Positions 1 to 6,283 of a DNA stretch of 20,987 nt are shown here, piece by piece. The notes under the pieces are model-generated. The model saw nothing but the letters and a program-made list of their open reading frames with translations. It was not told where the DNA came from and made no database searches. The DNA is taken from contig JBBIRR010000057.1 of NCBI GenBank assembly GCA_037441705.1, positions 1-20,987 of the forward strand. The letters are read 5' to 3'. The translations under genes and the position numbers were made by a program. How positions within the stretch are numbered: the stretch's first letter is position 1; every line of letters begins with the position of its first letter. This DNA is from Ignavibacteriales bacterium. GTDB taxonomy: Bacteria > Bacteroidota > Ignavibacteria > UBA10030 > UBA6906.

Positions 1-116
1 ACACGGTCATCCGCACGATCACGAAGGGAAGTGGTAACATTATTTGTGAAGTGTACAACACGCGGCTTGGCCTGAATGAAATGCTTGCGCGCGCGATCGT
101 GGTCTCCGCCGTGTAG
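1..116 (+). CDS. feoA: FeoA-family protein, C-terminal fragment (5' end outside window)
   Basis: Not in the ORF track. The frame starting at base 3 reads TVIRTITKGSGNIICEVYNTRLGLNEMLARAIVVSAV* (TAG 114-116), matching the FeoA SH3-like C-terminal pattern (..V.NTR.GL....A..I.V). It ends 7 nt before the next feoA start. Confidence 0.75.
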   Translation, partial: TVIRTITKGSGNIICEVYNTRLGLNEMLARAIVVSAV

Positions 117-123
117 GAAGTTT

Positions 124-366
124 ATGAGCGAGACACCGTTGAGCCGTCTGATGCCGGGAGACCACGGTACGATCGTCCGCATTGCGACGACAACAACCAA
201 AGTACGGACGCGTCTGATGGAGATGGGATTGACGAAAGGAACCTCGATCGAGCTCGTCCGCTTTGCGCCGATGGGGGACCCCATCGAGGTGAAGGTGAAA
301 GGCTACCGTCTCTCGTTGCGGCGCGAGGAAGCCGAATCTGTTTTCGTCCACAAAAACTCTGTGTGA
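124..366 (+). CDS. feoA: Ferrous iron transport protein A
   Basis: RLMEMGLTKGT..ELVRFAPMGDPIEVKVKGYRLSLRREEA is the classic FeoA signature. ATG 124 follows AGGAAG, so it is preferred over the ORF-track start at 76. Confidence 0.95.
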   Translation: MSETPLSRLMPGDHGTIVRIATTTTKVRTRLMEMGLTKGTSIELVRFAPMGDPIEVKVKGYRLSLRREEAESVFVHKNSV

Positions 367-2477
367 TGCTTGAGGTCGCTCGACATACTCGTCCTCAGTT
401 CGTTGCGTTGATTGGTAACCCCAATTGCGGGAAGACGACGTTGTTCAATGCACTCACGGGCCTGAGACAAAAAGTAGGCAACTATCCGGGTGTCACGGTT
501 GAGAAGAAGGAGGGACGCCTAACACTGGATGACGGCACCGAGGTGACCCTGCTGGATTTGCCCGGCACCTACAGCCTCAACGCCAGCTCCCCCGACGAGA
601 AGATTGCCACGGATATTCTGCTCGGCAAAGCGAGACACACCCGAACGCCCGATGTGGTGGTGTGTGTTGTGGACGCGAGCAACATCGAACGGAACCTGTA
701 TCTGGTGAGCCAGATTCTGGATCGGCAATTGCCCGTGGTCATCGCGCTGAACATGATTGATGTTGCCGAGCAGTCCGGTATCAGCATTGATGTACAGGCG
801 CTCGAGCGACAGCTTGGTGTGCCTGTAATTCCGACAATCGCCAACAGAGGAATCGGAATCAACGAGCTGCGGAAGGCTCTTGCGCAAGCAAACACCGCTC
901 ACACGCCGAAGCGCTTGTGGCGCATGCCTGCGTTGGTCGAAGAGGAGTGCAGCGAGCTGGTCGGCTTGCTGCAGCACCACCACAAACTCAGCGAGCCTGT
1001 GGCGTTTCACGAAGCGCTTGCCCTGCTTACCGCGCCTGAATCGCTCGAGGAGCACCGCGACCGCTATGCGCCCGAGTTGCTTGCCCACGTCCATAAAGAC
1101 CACGAACGGCTGGACTTCATGGGGATCGATCGGCAATCCGTCGTCATCGAATCTCGGTATGAATGGATCAAAAACGTCTGCGCACAAGCCGTCTCGCAAT
1201 CCACCGCCACCGACGCGAACATGAGCGATAGAATCGATCGCGTCGTCACGCACAAGGTGTGGGGGTTTATCATTTTCCTCGGAATCATGACGGTGATGTT
1301 TCAGACGATCTTCACGTGGGCGACAGTTCCGATGGAATGGATTGCCGATGGGTTCGATTGGTTGGGCAGCGTTCTTCGCAGCACCATGCCGGCCGGGGAC
1401 TTGCGTGACCTCATCGTGAACGGTGGACTGGCAGGCGTTTCGGCGGTAGTGACATTTCTCCCCCAAATCCTCTTCCTGTTTCTCTTTCTCGGCCTGTTGG
1501 AAGACACGGGCTACATGGCGCGTGCAGCATTCATCATGGACAAACTGATGAGCAAGGTGGGTCTGCACGGCAAGTCATTCATTCCCCTGCTCAGCTCGTT
1601 CGCCTGCGCCATTCCCGGCATCATGGCCACACGTACCATCGAAAGCCCGAAGGATCGACTCGTGACGATGCTTGTCGCCCCGTTGATGAGTTGCAGCGCG
1701 CGCCTGCCCGTGTACGCGCTGCTCATCGCGGCGTTCATTCCTCACCAGCGAGTCCTCGGCATCTTTTCACTGCCGGGCCTCACGCTTTTAGCGATGTACC
1801 TGCTCGGTCTCCTCATGGCTCTGGCGATGGCGTGGCTGTTCAAGAAAACTCTTCTGAAAGGTGCGCCTCCGCTCTTCCTGATGGAGTTGCCACCGTACAA
1901 GATGCCTTCCTGGCGATCCATTCTCTTACAGATGTGGGAGCGCTCGAAGCTTTTTCTGCAGCGGGCCGGAACCATTATTCTCGGTGTCTCCATCATCCTG
2001 TGGTTCCTGGCGTCCTATCCAAAAGTTGACGGCGCATCGCCGGCCGAGCAACTGGAAAAAAGTTTCGTGGGCATGGCGGGACGGATGATCGAGCCGTTGA
2101 TAAAACCTTTGGGATTCGATTGGAAAATCGGGATTGGGATGATCGGCTCTCTGCTGCAGCGCGAGGTGTTCGTGAGCACCATGGGCACCATCTACAACAT
2201 TCAGAACGCGGATGACGAATCTACCACGATTTCGCTGCATGAGCAGATGCGCAAGGACATCGACCCCGAAACCGGGGTGCCCGTTTGGACGGTGCTCACC
2301 GCAATCTGTGTCATGGTCTATTATGTGCTTGCCATGCAGTGCATGTCCACCGTTGCCGTGATGCGCCGTGAAACCAACGGCTGGAAATGGCCGCTGTTTC
2401 AGATTGGGTATATGACCGCGCTTGCGTACGGCGTTACGTTTATCGTGTATCGTGTTGGACTCTTGTTGGGAGGGTAA
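366..2477 (+). CDS. feoB: Ferrous iron transport protein B (G-protein domain plus membrane permease)
   Basis: G1 GNPNCGKT, VGNYPGVTVEKKEG, G3 DLPG, G4 NMID; membrane motifs LEDTGYMARAAF, FACAIPGIMATRTI, PLMSCSARLPVY, MELPPY. Start ATG 366 overlaps the feoA stop (TGATG); GTG 363 is an alternative. Confidence 0.98.
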   Translation: MLEVARHTRPQFVALIGNPNCGKTTLFNALTGLRQKVGNYPGVTVEKKEGRLTLDDGTEVTLLDLPGTYSLNASSPDEKIATDILLGKARHTRTPDVVVCVVDASNIERNLYLVSQILDRQLPVVIALNMIDVAEQSGISIDVQALERQLGVPVIPTIANRGIGINELRKALAQANTAHTPKRLWRMPALVEEECSELVGLLQHHHKLSEPVAFHEALALLTAPESLEEHRDRYAPELLAHVHKDHERLDFMGIDRQSVVIESRYEWIKNVCAQAVSQSTATDANMSDRIDRVVTHKVWGFIIFLGIMTVMFQTIFTWATVPMEWIADGFDWLGSVLRSTMPAGDLRDLIVNGGLAGVSAVVTFLPQILFLFLFLGLLEDTGYMARAAFIMDKLMSKVGLHGKSFIPLLSSFACAIPGIMATRTIESPKDRLVTMLVAPLMSCSARLPVYALLIAAFIPHQRVLGIFSLPGLTLLAMYLLGLLMALAMAWLFKKTLLKGAPPLFLMELPPYKMPSWRSILLQMWERSKLFLQRAGTIILGVSIILWFLASYPKVDGASPAEQLEKSFVGMAGRMIEPLIKPLGFDWKIGIGMIGSLLQREVFVSTMGTIYNIQNADDESTTISLHEQMRKDIDPETGVPVWTVLTAICVMVYYVLAMQCMSTVAVMRRETNGWKWPLFQIGYMTALAYGVTFIVYRVGLLLGG

Positions 2478-2478
2478 T

Positions 2479-2661
2479 ATGGACTGGCAGCAAGTTGCAT
2501 CGTTAGCGCTTGTCGCAATCACCACCGTTCTGCTCGTTCGGAACGAGGTGCGGAAACACCGACGCGCTAAGCTCAGAGCGTGCGGTCAGGACTGCGGATG
2601 CTCGTCGCGCATTCTCGAGCAGCTCAAGGCGGAAGCAAGAACCGCACATAGATCAGCATAG
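2479..2661 (+). CDS. FeoB-associated Cys-rich small membrane protein (60 aa)
   Basis: MDWQQVASLALVAITTVLLVR (one TM), basic stretch, then CGQDCGC. ATG lies 1 nt after the feoB stop, preceded by GGAGGG. Confidence 0.8.
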   Translation: MDWQQVASLALVAITTVLLVRNEVRKHRRAKLRACGQDCGCSSRILEQLKAEARTAHRSA

Positions 2662-2672
2662 AGTTTCTGTTG

Positions 2673-2723
2673 AAAAAACAGAAAGCGTGTTCACACCCTC
2701 GGCAAAAGGCATTGTGAACACGC
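2673..2723 (-). terminator. Rho-independent terminator oriented on the - strand
   Basis: Perfect inverted repeat GCGTGTTCACA (2685-2695) / TGTGAACACGC (2713-2723). The U-rich tract follows only on the - strand (plus AAAAAACAGAAA 2673-2684). Confidence 0.65.
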
Positions 2724-2762
2724 CGCTTGAAAGGTCTCCCGTCCGTTGATGGGATCCCCTTC
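2673..2762 (-). ncRNA. Candidate ~90-nt small RNA, antisense within the feo-porin intergenic region
   Basis: Bounded by a - strand promoter (TTGACA-N17-TATATT, 2797..2769) and a - strand intrinsic terminator (11-bp stem followed by TTTCTGTTTTTT). It has a 5' hairpin and a 3' terminator hairpin and no credible ORF. No known RNA family recognised. Confidence 0.5.
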
Positions 2763-2768
2763 GCTTTC

Positions 2769-2797
2769 AATATAGGAAAGGTTGCCAGGGATGTCAA
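2769..2797 (-). promoter_or_regulatory. sigma70-type promoter firing leftward
   Basis: -35 TTGACA (plus TGTCAA 2792-2797), 17-nt spacer, -10 TATATT (plus AATATA 2769-2774): 6/6 and 5/6 consensus matches. Confidence 0.6.
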
Positions 2798-2852
2798 GAA
2801 ACGGATGTGGAGAGAAACAATCTCACTCACATCATTCTTGTTGGAGGTCGTT

Positions 2853-4121
2853 ATGCGTTTGGCAAAAATTCTACTAATCTCTGCACTTCTCGGCTCACCG
2901 GCCCTCGCACAAGGGTCGGCCGCCGATTCGTTACGCGATCTTGCCCGCAAAGTCGAAATCCTGACCGAGGAACTTGAGAAAACCAAGCTGGGAGAAGTTG
3001 CGGAAGCTTCCTACGAGCCACAGCGCGGACTTGGGCCCGGGGCATCGAGGGTGTATCAACTGAAGAAGACCGGCGTCTCCATTGCGGGATACGGTGAAGT
3101 TCTGTATCAGAACTACGCGAAGAAACGCGATGACAATCTGGACGCAAACAAGCCGGATCAGATCGACTACCTTCGCAATGTTGTGTACTTCGGATTTCGG
3201 TTCAACGACTGGATTTTGTTCAATTCGGAGATCGAGTTCGAGCATGCTTCCACCGGTAAGCGCGGCGAAGTTTCTGTCGAGTTCGGATACATCGAACTGA
3301 TGCTCTCCAAGAATTTCAATCTTCGGGCCGGCATGGTGCTTCCTCCGTTAGGCATCATCAACGAGAAGCACGAGCCGTCCACGTTCTTGAGCACCCTGCG
3401 GCCGCAGGTGGAACGTTTCATCATCCCCAGCACATGGCGTACGAACGGTGTCGGCGTGTACGGCGAGATTGTTCCCGACCTCAATTATCGCGCCTACGTT
3501 GTCGAGGGATTCGACGCGAAGAGCTTTAGCGATGCGGAAGGCATCCGTGGAGGGCGGCAGAGCGGCTCCCTTGCTCTTGCAGAGGATTTCGGTTACACCG
3601 GAAGGATCGAGTATGCAGGATTGCCCGGCACGACGCTCGGCGCGAGCTTCTACTACGGCAATTCCGGACAGGGGGCAAAGGATTCGCTCGGAACGATTAC
3701 CGCTGCAACGTCCATTGTCAGCGTTCATATCGAGTTTGCGTACAAGGGCTTTGACCTCCGCGCAGTTGCTGGACAAACCCATCTCGATCAAGCAGGGCGT
3801 GTGAGTGTGCTTGCGCGAAAAACGGTCGCGTCGAAAACGAATGGATGGTACGTCGTCGGCGGCTACGATCTGATGCCGTTGCTTGCGCCCGGATCGGAGC
3901 AGGCTCTTATCCCCTTCGTTCAGTATGAGAAGCTCAACACGCACGCCGAGGTTGCAGCGGGTTTCGCGGCCAATCCGGCAAACAGTCGCTCCGTGCTCAC
4001 CGTGGGCATGCACTACAAGCCGCATCCCAACGTCGCATGCAAATTCGACTTCAACAATCTGAACAACCGCGCCGGTACAGGAATCGATCAATGGAATCTG
4101 GCAATAGCATATCTCTACTGA
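2853..4121 (+). CDS. Outer-membrane porin-like beta-barrel (OprO/P-like superfamily) with N-terminal coiled coil
   Basis: GGAGG at 2843-2847 then ATG 2853. Signal peptide MRLAKILLISALLGSPALA, coiled coil DSLRDLARKVEILTEELEK, amphipathic strands, motifs FNSEIEFEH and GIINEKHEP, aromatic C-terminus NLAIAYLY. Confidence 0.75.
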   Translation: MRLAKILLISALLGSPALAQGSAADSLRDLARKVEILTEELEKTKLGEVAEASYEPQRGLGPGASRVYQLKKTGVSIAGYGEVLYQNYAKKRDDNLDANKPDQIDYLRNVVYFGFRFNDWILFNSEIEFEHASTGKRGEVSVEFGYIELMLSKNFNLRAGMVLPPLGIINEKHEPSTFLSTLRPQVERFIIPSTWRTNGVGVYGEIVPDLNYRAYVVEGFDAKSFSDAEGIRGGRQSGSLALAEDFGYTGRIEYAGLPGTTLGASFYYGNSGQGAKDSLGTITAATSIVSVHIEFAYKGFDLRAVAGQTHLDQAGRVSVLARKTVASKTNGWYVVGGYDLMPLLAPGSEQALIPFVQYEKLNTHAEVAAGFAANPANSRSVLTVGMHYKPHPNVACKFDFNNLNNRAGTGIDQWNLAIAYLY

Positions 4122-4663
4122 CACGATTCATTGTGCAGGTAGGATGTTCTCTCGCGCTGCTCGCAACCACGAGCAGCGCGCAGGTGTTTATGACGAAGGA
4201 CGAGGCGCTGAAGCGGGTTTTCCCCGAGGGGACGCAGATAGAACGAAAGACAATCTTTCTCATGCCTCAGCAGATCCAACTGATCGAGTCGCGGGCGAAA
4301 GCAAAGGTGGAATCGAAGGTGGTGACCTATTACACGGGCAAGCAGCGCGATACGGTTGTGGGATATGTGTTCTTCGAGACGCATGTCGTTCGGACTATGC
4401 CCGAGACGTTTCTGCTGGTGGTGAGCCCGGTTGGTGTGGTGCAGAGGGTTGAGATCCTGGCGTTTTACGAACCGGAAGATTATCTGCCGCCCCAACGCTG
4501 GCTGGGGTTATTCCGCGGCAAGGTTCTTGATGACGACCTTTGGGTGAAGCGCGGCATCCAGGCAATATCGGGCGCGACACTTTCCGCGCAAGCCATCACC
4601 AGCGGCGTCCGGCGCTTGCTGGCTACCTTTCAGATCGCTGTGCCGAAGGAGGATGCACGATGA
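4091..4663 (+). CDS. Exported FMN-binding domain protein (RnfG/NqrC-like flavinylation motif)
   Basis: Signal-like N-terminus ending TTSSA|QVF; VEILAFYEPEDY..P.RWL..FRGK and C-terminal IQAISGATLSAQAITSGVRR. Start uncertain (ATG 4091 overlapping the porin end, or GTG 4133). Confidence 0.8.
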   Translation: MESGNSISLLTRFIVQVGCSLALLATTSSAQVFMTKDEALKRVFPEGTQIERKTIFLMPQQIQLIESRAKAKVESKVVTYYTGKQRDTVVGYVFFETHVVRTMPETFLLVVSPVGVVQRVEILAFYEPEDYLPPQRWLGLFRGKVLDDDLWVKRGIQAISGATLSAQAITSGVRRLLATFQIAVPKEDAR

Positions 4664-5313
4664 AATACATGCAGACAGGATCATTCCAGAGTCACCCGCT
4701 GATGCGACTCACCCTTTCGCTCACGCTCGTGTTTCTCATCGGGTTCGTTGCGACCAACTTTGCGTTGTACTTTTCGAAGATGTCGCTCGACCCGCAGTCG
4801 GTCGTTCGCTACTACAATGGATCGGAGGAGGAGTTCCATCCGGCGCGCTCGGCGGAATCTATGCTCGAGGTGACCCATGGCCATTTGCCCATGATGGCGT
4901 TGGTGCTTCTTCTGCTGACCCACCTTGTCATCTTTACACCATTCTCCCGAGGAGCCAAGATAGCGTTCATCGTCGTACCATTTCTCGCGGGCCTGCTCAA
5001 CGAGAGCTCGAGCTGGTTGGTGCGTTTCGTTGCTCCAGGATTTGCATGGCTGAAAGTTGGTGCGTTCATCACCCTGCAAGGAAGCTTGATTCTGCTTCTG
5101 GTGATGCTGGGCGTATTCCTGTTACGATCGCGCAACGGCGCGCAGGTCAAACCGGCCGAACCTTCCAGCACGGAACAACAAGGAGGTTCCGACGGTCAGA
5201 CTGCTTTCTCATCCTCCGCCCTTCCGATGCCGACGGAACCACGTCGAAGCAGTGCAGAGGACGCACTACCCGATGGAAATCTCATTACAAAAAGGAAAAC
5301 ATCCGGTGATTGA
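4660..5313 (+). CDS. Conserved-looking 4-TM inner-membrane protein with His-bearing helix (possible cytochrome b-like)
   Basis: ATGA overlap with the upstream stop and GGAGG SD. About four hydrophobic helices, motif LEVTHGHLPMMALVLLLLTHL, polar low-complexity C-terminal tail. Confidence 0.7.
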   Translation: MKYMQTGSFQSHPLMRLTLSLTLVFLIGFVATNFALYFSKMSLDPQSVVRYYNGSEEEFHPARSAESMLEVTHGHLPMMALVLLLLTHLVIFTPFSRGAKIAFIVVPFLAGLLNESSSWLVRFVAPGFAWLKVGAFITLQGSLILLLVMLGVFLLRSRNGAQVKPAEPSSTEQQGGSDGQTAFSSSALPMPTEPRRSSAEDALPDGNLITKRKTSGD

Positions 5314-5319
5314 AATGTC

Positions 5320-6093
5320 ATGCGTACATTCAATGATTCTCTACATTCGGCGGTTATCGCTGCAGCGGTATTCGCCCTGGTGCATGTGCCGGGCAGCGGA
5401 CATGCGTCTCGCCCCTTCGTGACGGAGCATGCAGCAGTCGCCGAAAAGCGCGCAATTCAATTGGAAACGAGTTGGGATTACCTGAAGTGGAGAAACAACG
5501 ATCGCGAACATTTCCTGACGGTAGTTGCACTGTGGGGAATGTGCGACGCTGTCGAACTTTCGTTTGAAGTTCCCTTCCTCTTTCACGATCACGTCATGGA
5601 CCATCGGGCCAACGGACTCGGTGATATTACCATCGCAACAAAGTACCTTCTTGCAGACGAACGTGATGCCTTCCCTGCCCTCGTCCTGAAGACCGTTCTT
5701 AAGACTTCAACCGGCGATGCGCGGCGCGGGCTTGGTTCAGGCGCGTTGGATTACCTCCTCGTCGGGGCAACAACAAAGCAATTCCGCGATCTCACACTTC
5801 ATGGGATGTTGGGGTATACTTTCGTGGGGACGAACGGGAACGACGACCTCCGAGACGTGCTCCTTTATGGCATTGCCGCTGAGTTCGAAATTACCGAGCG
5901 TATTTGTCTGGCGGCGGAGCTGGCAGGCAACCGGCATCCGGACAGAAGGGTCGCACAGGATCCTCACGTCGCCATGATCGGGGCAGCGTACAAGTTTTCC
6001 GATGCAGTGACTCTGGATGCATCACTGAGGGTCGGCATCAGTACAGTCTCACCGGCGTGGAACACGGCAGTGGGTATGTCCGTGACCCTCTGA
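5320..6093 (+). CDS. Outer-membrane beta-barrel 'transporter' (Phenol_MetA_deg/SphA-like family)
   Basis: Signal peptide, RPFVTEHA near the mature N-terminus, GLGDITIATKY, TGDARRGLGSG..D motifs typical of this family, C-terminal strand AVGMSVTL. Confidence 0.7.
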   Translation: MRTFNDSLHSAVIAAAVFALVHVPGSGHASRPFVTEHAAVAEKRAIQLETSWDYLKWRNNDREHFLTVVALWGMCDAVELSFEVPFLFHDHVMDHRANGLGDITIATKYLLADERDAFPALVLKTVLKTSTGDARRGLGSGALDYLLVGATTKQFRDLTLHGMLGYTFVGTNGNDDLRDVLLYGIAAEFEITERICLAAELAGNRHPDRRVAQDPHVAMIGAAYKFSDAVTLDASLRVGISTVSPAWNTAVGMSVTL

Positions 6094-6146
6094 GGGTTGG
6101 GGGTCATCAGGGCAGCTCAAGGCGCCGCGCAGGTGAAGCGCGGGTA

Positions 6147-6189
6147 AGATGCAAAACCTCTTGCATCTACAAAAGATTATTGCTATAAA
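6147..6189 (+). promoter_or_regulatory. sigma70-type promoter for the T9SS protein with an overlapping palindrome
   Basis: -35 TTGCAT (6161-6166), 17-nt spacer, extended -10 TGcTATAAA (6181-6189). Inverted repeat AGATGCAA-N6-TTGCATCT (6147-6168) overlaps the -35. Confidence 0.55.
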
Positions 6190-6283
6190 GGACAAGGGCA
6201 ACGCTCATCACGAAGTCAAATTCCTGCGAGTCGTTCCACCTCCCCGCACATTTTTGCATTCACTAACAAACGGAGACCGTACC

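Noticed and set aside
2727-2852. 42-aa N-terminal extension of the porin from TTG 2727
   Set aside because: Strong SD and signal peptide start at ATG 2853; the extension crosses the structured intergenic region.
2662-2852. Fur or DtxR/IdeR box, or a known ncRNA (tRNA, SRP, 6S, riboswitch) in the intergenic region
   Set aside because: No match by eye to GATAATGATAATCATTATC, the DtxR palindrome, tRNA cloverleaf or T-loop, or the SRP GGAA loop; a cmscan run would be needed to exclude them formally.
2624-2986. 120-aa - strand ORF crossing the candidate sRNA
   Set aside because: It begins antisense inside the porin gene, upstream of the - strand promoter, and has no protein-like features.
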